64,000 nt of DNA, from contig CAZYLF010000003.1 of assembly GCA_964648765.1 (NCBI GenBank), forward strand, positions 41,676 through 105,675, given 5' to 3'. Shown here in pieces: positions 45,658 to 54,942 of this stretch. The notes beneath the pieces are model-generated. The model saw only the letters and a program-made list of their open reading frames with translations. It was not told the origin of the DNA and ran no database searches. The stretch is from an uncultured Candidatus Saccharibacteria bacterium. Lineage in GTDB: Bacteria; Patescibacteriota; Minisyncoccia; Phycocordibacterales; JACOZG01. Every line of letters begins with the position of its first letter. Position 1 is the stretch's first letter. Position numbers and translations under genes: made by a program.

Positions 45658-47235
45658 CTAAGCAATCACCCCACCACCCAAACAAACATCATTATCATAC
45701 AAAACGCATGACTGGCCCGGAGCAACCAAAGGTGATTCTATAAGAAAAGTTACAGTTGAGCCATCAAGCGTGCACGGATAAAGTTCACCATGATAGCGAA
45801 TTTGGACCATGAGCTTTTTGTTTTCTGTCGGCGCTTCACCGGTCCAATTTATATTTATTAACTTAATTTGCTTGGCGGGTTTGGTTAAATTAATTTTTTC
45901 AGAAACGGTCAAAGTATTTTTATCTACATCTTTGGCGACAATGTAATAAGGTTTATCATCCGGAGTTTTGGCGGTGATAGTAAAACCATGGCGCTCGCCG
46001 AGCGTGTAAAACATCGCGCCGTCGTGCGCGCCAATCTTCTCACCCTTTTCATTTATCACATCACCCGGAACTTCATTAATAAATTCTTTTAAGAAATCTT
46101 TAAAATCAATTTTACCTACGAAGCAAAGCCCTTGGCTATCCTTCTTCTCTGCTGTTGGCAAATTAAATTTTTTCGCCAACTTTCTCACCTCACTTTTCTC
46201 GTATCCACCGATAGGGAAAAGAGTGTGAGTAAGAATTTCTGGGGTCAGAGTCCAGAGAAAATATGTTTGATCTTTGGCCGAGTCTTTTGAGATTCTTAAT
46301 TTAGCTAAATTCAGCCCCTCCCCCTGCCCCCTCCCCAAAAGGGAGGGGGTTTGGATCCCCCCCCTCTCCTTTGGAGGGGGTTGGGGTGAGGCCTCCTCAA
46401 GAGCTTCTTTAATTTTCATTAATACGGTGTCGATATCACTCAAAACCTCTTCATTTTTAAACCTAATTATTTTAAAACCTAAAACTTCTAATCGATTCGT
46501 TCTTTCTTGATCTCTCTCGATTTGATAATCATGAACATCGCCGTCAATTTCAATTATTAAAGATTTTTCAAGGCAAACAAAATCAACAATAAACTTGTCG
46601 ATGATATGCTGGCGACGAAAGTGAAAACCATTTGAATCTTTCCTTAATTTCTCCCAAATTTTCTTTTCTGCCAAAGTTGGCTTCCTGCGCATTTCAAGAG
46701 CCTGCTCTTGTAAAACTCTGTAAAATTTTTTATCTGCGGTTCTAAAACCTAATTCAGCCCCTCCCCCTGCCCCCTCCCCAAAAGGGAGGGGGTTTGAATT
46801 CCCTCCCTCTCCTTTGGAGAGGGTTGGGGTGAGGCCGATCTGCGCATAATGCCCCGTCGCCACAAAATCCGCCCCATGCTCCATCGCCCACTTGTAAAAC
46901 GCGCCAAATTTAATTTCGCGATTACACATCACATCGGGGTTCGGCGTGCGGCCGAGTTTGTATTCGTTCACCAGATAATCCACCACGCTTTGCTTGTACT
47001 CCTTTTCCAGATCGAGTGTGATGAGCGGAATCTCAAGCTCGGCCGCCACACGCATGGCATCTCGCCGGTCTTCACGCCAGGTGCAGGCGCTAGCAAACTT
47101 CTCCCCACTCGGCTGCCAAACTTTAATAAACACACCCACGACTTCACAGCCTTGCTCTTTAAGCAAAGCCGCCGAAACCGAGGAATCCACTCCCCCGCTC
47201 ATCCCTACAAAAACCTTTTTCTTGACGCCTTTCAT
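45658..47235 (-). CDS. mnmA: tRNA-specific 2-thiouridylase MnmA carrying a ~187-aa in-frame insertion (DUF559 endonuclease-like domain)
   Basis: PP-loop VFVGMSGGVDSSV at the N-terminus. ...ATGHYAQIG and KDQTYFLW...CFVGK flank a 187-aa insert between residues that are ~20 aa apart in canonical MnmA. 525 aa versus a typical ~360. Confidence 0.8.
   Translation of the reverse strand: MKGVKKKVFVGMSGGVDSSVSAALLKEQGCEVVGVFIKVWQPSGEKFASACTWREDRRDAMRVAAELEIPLITLDLEKEYKQSVVDYLVNEYKLGRTPNPDVMCNREIKFGAFYKWAMEHGADFVATGHYAQIGLTPTLSKGEGGNSNPLPFGEGAGGGAELGFRTADKKFYRVLQEQALEMRRKPTLAEKKIWEKLRKDSNGFHFRRQHIIDKFIVDFVCLEKSLIIEIDGDVHDYQIERDQERTNRLEVLGFKIIRFKNEEVLSDIDTVLMKIKEALEEASPQPPPKERGGIQTPSLLGRGQGEGLNLAKLRISKDSAKDQTYFLWTLTPEILTHTLFPIGGYEKSEVRKLAKKFNLPTAEKKDSQGLCFVGKIDFKDFLKEFINEVPGDVINEKGEKIGAHDGAMFYTLGERHGFTITAKTPDDKPYYIVAKDVDKNTLTVSEKINLTKPAKQIKLININWTGEAPTENKKLMVQIRYHGELYPCTLDGSTVTFLIESPLVAPGQSCVLYDNDVCLGGGVIA
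46308..46393. repeat. 86-bp direct repeat, copy A (G/C-tract rich, internally palindromic)
   Basis: AATTCAGCCCCTCCCCCTGCCCCCTCCCCAAAAGGGAGGGGGTTTGGATCCCCCCCCTCTCCTTTGGAGGGGGTTGGGGTGAGGCC. Differs from copy B at ~5 positions. Confidence 0.8.
46751..46836. repeat. 86-bp direct repeat, copy B
   Basis: AATTCAGCCCCTCCCCCTGCCCCCTCCCCAAAAGGGAGGGGGTTTGAATTCCCTCCCTCTCCTTTGGAGAGGGTTGGGGTGAGGCC. Contains the perfect hairpin CCCTCTCC-TTT-GGAGAGGG. Confidence 0.8.
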
Positions 47236-47286
47236 TACTTAATGACATTAGCAATTTTAAGCCATTTTTGCTAGAATCGTTTAAAT

Positions 47287-48054
47287 ATGTCAAACGTTTG
47301 GTTCCAAGCAATTGCGAGCGTGGTGGCGGTGAGCGTAGTGTCGCTTATCGGCGCGGTAACGCTGTCGCTACAGGTGGAGAGATTAAAGAAAATTGTTTTT
47401 GCGCTCGTGGCGCTGGCTGCCGGTGCGCTTTTTGGCGACGTGCTCATCCACATCATCCCAGAACTTTTTGAAACACAAATTCCTTCACATATTATCGGAC
47501 TATTTATTTTAGCCGGAATTTTGATCTTCTTTATTCTTGAAAAGTTTCTTCACTGGAGCCACCAACACGAGATGAGCGACTGCGCCGAGCCCGGTCACAC
47601 CCACCCGCCAATGGCGCTCGGGCAACTCAATCTCGCCGCCGACGGTCTCCACAATTTTATCGACGGCCTAATTATTGGTGCGAGCTTCCTAGTGGACCCG
47701 GCCGTTGGTATGGCCACCACAATCGCGGTAATTCTCCACGAGATTCCACAGGAGATTGGCGACTTCGGCATACTCATTCACGCTGGTTACACTGTCAAAA
47801 AAGCAATTTTGTTTAATCTCCTTTCAGCATCACTCGCAATTTTGGGCACAGTAATTGCCCTCGCACTTGGCTCGCAAGTTGAAGTGATCGGCAACTATCT
47901 TTTAGCATTAGCGGCTGGCGGCTTTCTTTATATTGCTGGTTCAGACCTTTTACCAGAAATCCAAAAAACAACCAATCTTAAAAAGTCGCTTGTTCAATTC
48001 GTAGCGATGCTCATCGGCATTGGCCTGATGTTTGCCCTTCTCCTACTCGAGTAA
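47287..48054 (+). CDS. ZIP-family divalent metal (zinc) transporter, ZupT-like
   Basis: HWSHQHEMSDCAEPGHTHP His-rich loop and ZIP signature HEIPQEIGDFGILIHAG. 8 TM helices. Confidence 0.8.
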   Translation: MSNVWFQAIASVVAVSVVSLIGAVTLSLQVERLKKIVFALVALAAGALFGDVLIHIIPELFETQIPSHIIGLFILAGILIFFILEKFLHWSHQHEMSDCAEPGHTHPPMALGQLNLAADGLHNFIDGLIIGASFLVDPAVGMATTIAVILHEIPQEIGDFGILIHAGYTVKKAILFNLLSASLAILGTVIALALGSQVEVIGNYLLALAAGGFLYIAGSDLLPEIQKTTNLKKSLVQFVAMLIGIGLMFALLLLE

Positions 48055-48055
48055 T

Positions 48056-48610
48056 TTAAGCGCCTAAAAGTTTTTTATATATCTCTACCGTAACTCGGAT
48101 GTCAGCGAGAGCTGTGTGCGCCTTCTCATTTTTAATTCCAAAATGTTCCGCCATGGCTTGAAGAGAGAATCTCTGTACGGCATCATTTTCATAAAGTTTA
48201 GCAAAAGAAATTGAAATCAAATCAAGCTTAATAAAGTGCATTGGATTTTTTACCCCCTTCTTCTTAAACGCCTGCTCAAGAAAGCTCCAGTCAAAGGTAA
48301 TGTTCTGCGCGATCATCACCGAGTCAGCAATTTTAGGTGAAATTGTTTTAAGCACCTGGGCAAGATCAGGGGCGAAGAGCCACTCGCTTTCGTTGTAACC
48401 ATTAATGCGCAAGGCTTCTGGTTCAGCCAGTTCAATGTGTTCGGGTTTAATTTTAAATTCAAACTCGTCCACGATTTCAAGCGTCGCCCCACGGCCATTT
48501 GGTTTAGGCACTTGTCTGGCCACAATCCCACCGATCTCAATAATCTCGTGCACGCTCGGATCAAGCCCAGTAGTTTCTAAATCAATAAATGCTAAGTTGT
48601 GTTTCTTCAT
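48056..48610 (-). CDS. DEDDh 3'-5' exonuclease (DnaQ/RNase T-like)
   Basis: Exo I FIDLETTGLDPSVHEIIEIG, an Exo II region, and Exo III HTALADIRVTVEIY. Confidence 0.7.
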   Translation of the reverse strand: MKKHNLAFIDLETTGLDPSVHEIIEIGGIVARQVPKPNGRGATLEIVDEFEFKIKPEHIELAEPEALRINGYNESEWLFAPDLAQVLKTISPKIADSVMIAQNITFDWSFLEQAFKKKGVKNPMHFIKLDLISISFAKLYENDAVQRFSLQAMAEHFGIKNEKAHTALADIRVTVEIYKKLLGA

Positions 48611-49545
48611 GGTAAGTATCTGGCTTTATTAATTTTATGTTCTTCAAAATCTTTGGCGTAATGTGTGACTCCGTTATAATCTGCGAGATAAAATAAGTAG
48701 TCTGACTCCGTTGGCCGGAGGGCCGCCTCTATAGACGAGAGGCCAGGGTTTGTGATTGGGCCTGGAGGTAAACCTTTATTAACGTAAGTATTGTATGGCG
48801 AATCATGCTTAAGATCCTCAAGCGAAAGTTCGAAAGTATTTTTTCCAATAATGTATGGGAACACTGCATCAACTTGTAAAGCCATGTCTATATTGATCCG
48901 GTTCCACAAAATCCCCGAGATCATTTTTCGTACATGATCAATTCTCGCCTCTTCCTCAATAAGTGAGGCCATCACGATTATTTCATCAAGCGTGCGCCCA
49001 CTTGCTAAGATCTCAGACTCAAATGGCGCAATACGACGCTCAAAATTTGCGAGCATTGATGTAACCACTTGTCTTGGCCTCACAGTAATAGGGAAGAAGT
49101 ATGTATCAGGGAAGAGTCTACCCTCAAACGTCTCAGCTTCAACTCTGAAACTTTCAGCGTCAAATTCTGGAATAATCTGTTTTATAACTTTAGCAATTTC
49201 AATATTTGTTACGCCCTCTGGTATTGTAACCCTTTTTACAGGTATGCCAAAATCCCCTTTTACAAATCTGTTTGCCACAGTTAAAACCGATTCATGTTTG
49301 GTAAAAAAATAATCTCCCGCAAGAATTAAACCATTCGGAGAAAAAAGCCGAAGAGAAATTTTAAACAAAAGTGGCGATCGCACAATTGAGAGCTCTTTAA
49401 GCTCCTCGGCAATCTCGGTTACGGTTGACCCCTCCTCAACTGTAAAAACTTTATGAACCGGAAAGTAATTTGGCGCCGAGAACCACCAAAAAATCGCAAG
49501 TAAAATTGAAATTAAGAAAAAGTAAAATGGCCGGGAACGTTGCAT
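48607..49545 (-). CDS. mltG: Endolytic murein transglycosylase MltG (YceG-like)
   Basis: N-terminal TM anchor and a YceG-like domain with the AGDYFF region. 312 aa. Confidence 0.7.
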   Translation of the reverse strand: MQRSRPFYFFLISILLAIFWWFSAPNYFPVHKVFTVEEGSTVTEIAEELKELSIVRSPLLFKISLRLFSPNGLILAGDYFFTKHESVLTVANRFVKGDFGIPVKRVTIPEGVTNIEIAKVIKQIIPEFDAESFRVEAETFEGRLFPDTYFFPITVRPRQVVTSMLANFERRIAPFESEILASGRTLDEIIVMASLIEEEARIDHVRKMISGILWNRINIDMALQVDAVFPYIIGKNTFELSLEDLKHDSPYNTYVNKGLPPGPITNPGLSSIEAALRPTESDYLFYLADYNGVTHYAKDFEEHKINKARYLP

Positions 49546-49554
49546 GAGTTAAAA

Positions 49555-50775
49555 TTAAATAGGTAAATTAGTTGGTGGTTCACCGCGCTTCGACTCAATG
49601 TGAGCAAGTGATGGAGTCTTGGCCACCTCGCCAGGGAAGTGATAAATAGTGGCCAGCTCCTCGCTATTTAGCACAAAAGGTTTACGGAGCGCAGGTGGAT
49701 AAAAAGCCCCACGCCTCACATAAGCCTCAAACATTCCCTTTTTTTCTTTTGCCAATCTCCAGCCCAGTGGATCCTGCCAAGGAAAGTCAAAACTAGTCTT
49801 CTTCCCTGGTTTAAAGCCGTTCAAGTGTAACGAACCGTACTGTTTAAAAGTACTCATGATCCCCACCTGATTAGCTGCGTTAAACTTACCATCACGAGCA
49901 AGATACACTGCCCTAATACAACAATCAAAACCGAGTTTGGACACACTCCTCTCCACGGCCTCCACAATCTCACGCTGGCCCGGAGATAACATTAGAGCAC
50001 CGAAGTTTGCGCCCTCTTCCAACTTCTTATCACGATTCATTAGCTTATCAACTAACTTTTCGCTATCTTTGCGCCAATTTTGCTTACCAAACCAAGAACC
50101 CATAATCGGGTAACGATCTTTAGTTTGCTGAATTATGATCTGAATCCACACTTGCTCACCTGGACCAATTGAACCTAAGTACTCAATCATAGGAGTCATT
50201 GGATCAACTTTGAATTCTTCTTTGGGATCCTTATCCATGCCGTAGTCTACATAAGTCTTGATTGGATATGCATCTTCTTTTGAAAGTTCAAACTCCACGC
50301 CCCAGAGTGCCCACTTAACATTAGGGTCGCCATAAGCTACATCTCGAGTGTAATCCTCAACCTCGTAAATCTCAATTTCTGGATACTGAGAATAAAGACT
50401 CGCTTGCACTAAATTTTTAAAAAACTTTGGTACCCGGATTATAAATCTGATTGTCCCTTCAATAGAAATAAGTTCCAAAGAAAACCATGAGCGCACCACG
50501 CCCTGAGTGAGCCTAGTAAGCCAATTGCCCTCATAGCCCTGGTGGAAAATACCAAGAGCTACCTCCATTGCTTTTGGTGACTTACTTATTATTTTTGGTA
50601 ACTTAATTTCAAAATTTACCCAGGAAGTATTTTTGATAAAAACTGCACGAATGTAACGATACCAAAGTTGGTAAAGAGTATAGCCCAAAATGACCGGCGC
50701 CCAGTAGGGAGCATTGTAAACAATAGTATCAAATGCGAACCAAAAAGAATTTACGAATGCATCACTAAAGGGCAT
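49555..50775 (-). CDS. Hypothetical membrane protein
   Basis: 406-aa ORF with N-terminal hydrophobic helices. Confidence 0.3.
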   Translation of the reverse strand: MPFSDAFVNSFWFAFDTIVYNAPYWAPVILGYTLYQLWYRYIRAVFIKNTSWVNFEIKLPKIISKSPKAMEVALGIFHQGYEGNWLTRLTQGVVRSWFSLELISIEGTIRFIIRVPKFFKNLVQASLYSQYPEIEIYEVEDYTRDVAYGDPNVKWALWGVEFELSKEDAYPIKTYVDYGMDKDPKEEFKVDPMTPMIEYLGSIGPGEQVWIQIIIQQTKDRYPIMGSWFGKQNWRKDSEKLVDKLMNRDKKLEEGANFGALMLSPGQREIVEAVERSVSKLGFDCCIRAVYLARDGKFNAANQVGIMSTFKQYGSLHLNGFKPGKKTSFDFPWQDPLGWRLAKEKKGMFEAYVRRGAFYPPALRKPFVLNSEELATIYHFPGEVAKTPSLAHIESKRGEPPTNLPI

Positions 50776-50821
50776 AGCCCCTTAATTCTACAACAAACTT
50801 TTTTTTGTGGCTATGAAGAAA

Positions 50822-51856
50822 CTAGGCAGAGACGTATTTACCTGACTTATCCTTTTTGAAGTATTTAGGATTTTTTAAGTTAACCAAAATAGTGTTGGGT
50901 TTAACGTGACGTTCTTTCATCACCTTCTCAAGCACCTCGGCTTCTGGAAGAGGACCTTCGGTTTGCAAAATGGCTTTGATTACATCACGAACAACTCCAC
51001 GAGTGTAACCCCACTCAGCAAGAGCATAAATACCACGACCCACGAGCACAAAACGCTTATCTTTAATTAATTCGTTATGACAAGTGGCTGGATTAGCCTT
51101 TTTATTAAAATTAGTTTGGATTGCCTTAGCCACCTCACGGAAATGCATCGGTGAACCATGTTTGCGGAGCACTAAGAAGGCGTAATCGCGGATACCGCGC
51201 ACGCGAACATTTGGTGATTTAGAAAGTCCCCACTCACCTACCGGACTCACGTCAATGTCTTTAGAAATCTTTAACCAACGCTTTGCACGCTCACGATCGC
51301 TCTCTGTGCGGCCAGGCACACCAAACTTTTTGAGCACCATCTCAATCATTTCAGGCTCAGGCAAAAGGGCGTCTTCATCAAGATCGTGACAAACTCCACG
51401 CAAACAATCCTCAATACGGTGAGCAAGCTCAGGGTCCACGGTCCAACGATGATGGAACTCCTCATCCTCTTTAAGCTTAGTAAACGCACCTCCGAGCACG
51501 AGTAAAAAGTGAGCATGATTTTGTGAGAGATCGTTGCCGTCTAAATGATTCAAAAATTCTTGTTCATGCACCACACCACCGTATTGCTCCATTACTTGTT
51601 TGAGCTCAGCAAGATAATGTTGAGAATCCTTAAAAACATCAGATTTACGAATAGTATTGAGAGTAAACTCTTCAATTTGACGTACGCGCTCACGGGTAAT
51701 TCCGTAGGTTTGACCAATGGCCTCAAGGGTCAAAGGTTGAGCATTTTCAAGGCCGTAGCGCTTTTTAATGATGTCTCTAGCGCGCTCTGGTAGAGCGCTT
51801 AAAAGCTTCTTGGATACCTCTTTTGGCTTAAATGTAAGTACTTCTTTAATCATCAT
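50822..51856 (-). CDS. Sigma-70 region-4-type HTH domain protein (N-terminal), ~270-aa C-terminal domain unknown
   Basis: LPERARDIIKKRYGLENAQPLTLEAIGQTYGITRERVRQIEEFTLNTIRKS matches sigma-70 region 4.2. There are no regions 2 or 3, so it is not a canonical sigma factor. Confidence 0.5.
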   Translation of the reverse strand: MMIKEVLTFKPKEVSKKLLSALPERARDIIKKRYGLENAQPLTLEAIGQTYGITRERVRQIEEFTLNTIRKSDVFKDSQHYLAELKQVMEQYGGVVHEQEFLNHLDGNDLSQNHAHFLLVLGGAFTKLKEDEEFHHRWTVDPELAHRIEDCLRGVCHDLDEDALLPEPEMIEMVLKKFGVPGRTESDRERAKRWLKISKDIDVSPVGEWGLSKSPNVRVRGIRDYAFLVLRKHGSPMHFREVAKAIQTNFNKKANPATCHNELIKDKRFVLVGRGIYALAEWGYTRGVVRDVIKAILQTEGPLPEAEVLEKVMKERHVKPNTILVNLKNPKYFKKDKSGKYVSA

Positions 51857-51996
51857 AAAATTAATTAAAAATGTTTAATTACTCTATTTGTATCATTTCA
51901 CCATAAAAGAGTCAAGCATTTGACAACATGTATAAAAAAGGCCCACCTCCCAGAACACTCTGAGAAAGGTGGGCCCGAACGCAAGCACGACCGATT

Positions 51997-52197
51997 TTAG
52001 TGGAGATCAAGCTCAACAAGCAGTCGATCAGCAGAACCGCTGACCCGTTCAGGAGTCTCGTAAGTACCACTCAAAATTCCTTGTTGGGTTGAGTACACAA
52101 GACCCTTTCTGATCTTGTCCCTTTCTGAGCGTCTAACTCGACGAGTCTCCGTTTGTTTATCCGAGGGACGAACACTCCCACCCTTGTGACTACCCAT
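51997..52197 (-). CDS. Hypothetical small basic protein
   Basis: 66-aa ORF between leuS and the sigma-r4 gene. Confidence 0.2.
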   Translation of the reverse strand: MGSHKGGSVRPSDKQTETRRVRRSERDKIRKGLVYSTQQGILSGTYETPERVSGSADRLLVELDLH

Positions 52198-52257
52198 CGT
52201 CGTTTCTCCTTAAAGAACAATGAATTCCGCCAATAATCTACAGTACCCGCGAGTTAA

Positions 52258-54510
52258 CTAATTGTCAAACACAAAGTTGATAAGTCGGTTGGGTATAAAG
52301 ATTGTTTTTTTGATTGCTTTGCCGGCAAGCCACTTGCTTGCGACCTCTCGCTTTTGAGCTAAATCAGAAACTTCATTTTGAGTTAAAGTTGGAGAAACTA
52401 GAATTTCATCACGAACTTTGCCGTTAATTTGAATGATTATTTTCACCTCACCCAACGCCTCTTTTACTGCCTGAGCTTTTGGCCAGGCTTCGAGCGTAAT
52501 TGACGTTTTATGACCTAATTTATTCCACAATTCTTCAGCCAAGTGCGGAGCAAATGGCGAGATAATTTTTAAGAAAGTTTCAAAGGTTTTTAGAGAAACC
52601 GATTCTTCACTTTCCATCGCGTTCGCGAGAATCATCATCTGACTCACGCAAGTGTTGAACTTCATCGCTTCAATATCCTCCCCTACTTTTTTTACACATT
52701 GATTAAGCAGTGAATCTAGATTTTCGTTATTCGCCTTTGCTTTAATTTTAGAACTCACTCTCCAAACTTTTTCTAAAAACCTGCGCGTGCCCACCAAACC
52801 ATCTTCGTTCCAAGACGCGGTTTGCTCAAATGGACCAATAAACATTTCATACAGGCGGAGAGCGTCCGCGCCGAAGCGTTCCACCATCGTGTCAGGATTA
52901 ATCACATTGCCGCGAGATTTACTCATCTTCTGACCGTCTGGGGCTAGGATAAATCCGTGCGAAGTACGCTTCTGGTATGGCTCTCTACCTGGCACCAACT
53001 TTTGATCGTATAAAAATTTGTGCCAGAAGCGCGAGTAGAGCAAGTGGAGCGTGGTGTGCTCCATGCCACCGTTGTACCAATCTACAGGTTGCCAGTATTT
53101 TAATTTTTTGAAATCAGCAAAACTCTTTTTATTTTTCGGATCCGCATAGCGCAAATAATACCAAGATGAACCTGCCCAGTTTGGCATCACATCAGTCTCA
53201 CGCCTAGCCCAAGCTTTACACTTCGGGCATTTAACTTTAATCCACTTGTCGGCCTTCGCGAGTGGCGAATCGCCATTTTCCGTTGGTTTAAAGTCCTTAA
53301 CCTTCGGCAACTTTACTGGCAAATCCTTCTCCGGCACCGCTTGCCAGCCTTGACCCGCCTTGGCGTGGTTACAGCTCTCACAGTAAATTAAGGGTATCGG
53401 CTCACCCCAATAACGCTGCCGACTAAAAACCCAATCCCGGAGTTTATAAGTAGTAACTTTTTTTGCTCCAGTTTTAGCAAACACATCTTCAATACTTATT
53501 AAATCAAAATTCTTAATTGGGAGATTATATTTTTCAGCAAATACTTTATCTCGATCATCGGCTGCGGGCACGCCCATGATGGCGCCGGAGCCGACGCCTT
53601 CCATCACATATTCCGCCTCCCAAATTGGGATCTTCTCATTTGTGGCGGGGTTGATGGCATATTCACCCGTAAATTTATCTTGTTTACCTGCTTTCGCAAT
53701 AAATGTGGCACCATAAATAGTTTCAGGTCGAGTGGTGAATATTTGAATAGCTTCGTTAGCTTCAGAAGCTTTTGAAGCTACTCTCCTAAAGCCTATTTCC
53801 CATCCCTCCTTCCGTCCAATCCAATTCCTCTGACTCGTTTTTACGCGCTCGGGGTAATCCACCAAATCGAGATCTTTATCTAAGCGATCAGCATATTTAG
53901 TAATACCGAGCATCCACTGCTCCTTCTCCCGCTCTTCCACAGCACTGCCGCAACGCTCACACTTACCTGGCGCATCCTTATTTTCAGATGCAAGAACTTC
54001 CTCATTTGCCAAACCAATTTTGCACGATGGGCACCAGTTAATCTTCGCCTTCGCTTTATACGCCAAACCTTGTTTAAAAAATTGGAGGAAGATCCACTGC
54101 GTCCATTTATAATAAGCCGGGTCAGTTGTGTTGATCTCGCGTGACCAGTCGAAGGAGGTGCCAAGCAATTTAATTTGTCGACGGAAGTTATCAGAATTTT
54201 TTTTGGTGACAATCGCCGGCTGAATGCCAGTTTTAATTGCATAATTCTCAGTAGGCAAACCGAAAGCATCCCAACCCATGGGGTAAAGTACGTTGTAACC
54301 TTCCATGCGTCGTTTGCGAGCAATAATATCCAAGCCAATATAAGGTCGCGGATGTCCCACATGCAAACCATCACCAGATGGGTAAGGGAATTCTACTAAA
54401 GCATAATACTTCTTTTTCCCACCATCTTTAGCTTGGAAAAGTTTTTTACTTTCCCAATATTTTTGCCACTTCTTCTCAATCTTTTTTGGGTCGTATCCTT
54501 GCTCCTTCAT
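52258..54510 (-). CDS. leuS: Leucine--tRNA ligase
   Basis: HVGHPRPYIGLDIIARKRRMEGYNVLYPMGWDAFGLP (HIGH region), and KMSKS (GQKMSKSRGN). 750 aa. Confidence 0.9.
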   Translation of the reverse strand: MKEQGYDPKKIEKKWQKYWESKKLFQAKDGGKKKYYALVEFPYPSGDGLHVGHPRPYIGLDIIARKRRMEGYNVLYPMGWDAFGLPTENYAIKTGIQPAIVTKKNSDNFRRQIKLLGTSFDWSREINTTDPAYYKWTQWIFLQFFKQGLAYKAKAKINWCPSCKIGLANEEVLASENKDAPGKCERCGSAVEEREKEQWMLGITKYADRLDKDLDLVDYPERVKTSQRNWIGRKEGWEIGFRRVASKASEANEAIQIFTTRPETIYGATFIAKAGKQDKFTGEYAINPATNEKIPIWEAEYVMEGVGSGAIMGVPAADDRDKVFAEKYNLPIKNFDLISIEDVFAKTGAKKVTTYKLRDWVFSRQRYWGEPIPLIYCESCNHAKAGQGWQAVPEKDLPVKLPKVKDFKPTENGDSPLAKADKWIKVKCPKCKAWARRETDVMPNWAGSSWYYLRYADPKNKKSFADFKKLKYWQPVDWYNGGMEHTTLHLLYSRFWHKFLYDQKLVPGREPYQKRTSHGFILAPDGQKMSKSRGNVINPDTMVERFGADALRLYEMFIGPFEQTASWNEDGLVGTRRFLEKVWRVSSKIKAKANNENLDSLLNQCVKKVGEDIEAMKFNTCVSQMMILANAMESEESVSLKTFETFLKIISPFAPHLAEELWNKLGHKTSITLEAWPKAQAVKEALGEVKIIIQINGKVRDEILVSPTLTQNEVSDLAQKREVASKWLAGKAIKKTIFIPNRLINFVFDN

Positions 54511-54645
54511 TTGGCCTAAACTATAACTTATTTTACTTTCTTTTTCGAGTTTATAAATTTATTGCTATTTTAGCAAAAAAGCGTATAGTATTTTCTGGAA
54601 GACCGGCAGTGAGCTGGTCAAAAAAGTATAGCGTCAAAATGGAGA

Positions 54646-54888
54646 TTGACGATGAGTGCACGAGGAAGTTGGGTTGGGTGGGAATTTACTCCCAAGGGTC
54701 ATCTTTTATGTCCAAGGTGTGCAACAGCATACAGAAAGAGAATCAACAGTATTATGGAGGAAGCTGAGGCTGATGCCTTTCTTGCTAAGATGATTCCGGT
54801 GGACCCAAACAAGCACATGCGATATGAAGATCACAAATGTTACGCGGGTAAATGTCCTAATCAACTCTCAATTTTGTCTGCGGCATAA
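54646..54888 (+). CDS. Hypothetical small zinc-ribbon-like protein
   Basis: CPRC...HKCYAGKC cysteine pairs. Followed by a terminator. Confidence 0.25.
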   Translation: MTMSARGSWVGWEFTPKGHLLCPRCATAYRKRINSIMEEAEADAFLAKMIPVDPNKHMRYEDHKCYAGKCPNQLSILSAA

Positions 54889-54911
54889 CAATTTAAAATG
54901 AAGTACCCACT

Positions 54912-54942
54912 GCCAGCGACACACGTGCCGCTGGTTTTTTTA
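54912..54942 (+). terminator. Rho-independent terminator
   Basis: CCAGCG-acacacgtgc-CGCTGG then TTTTTTTAT. Confidence 0.55.

Larger units (their letters stand above)
46276..46836 (-). mobile_element. In-frame DUF559 (Vsr/PD-(D/E)xK-like endonuclease) domain cassette flanked by 86-bp direct repeats inside mnmA
   Basis: Core translates to PTLAEKKIWEKLRK...GFHFRRQHIIDKFIVDFVCLEKSLIIEIDGDVHD...RLEVLGFKIIRFKNEEV, a classic DUF559. Near-identical G/C-tract repeats lie at 46308-46393 and 46751-46836. Confidence 0.5.

Noticed and set aside
46308-46836. Possible CRISPR array or Pro/Gly-rich low-complexity protein segment
   Set aside because: There are only two repeat copies, 86 bp long and 357 bp apart, enclosing a protein-coding DUF559 core. 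This is not CRISPR architecture. The Pro/Gly-rich translation is incidental to the G/C-tract repeat sequence.
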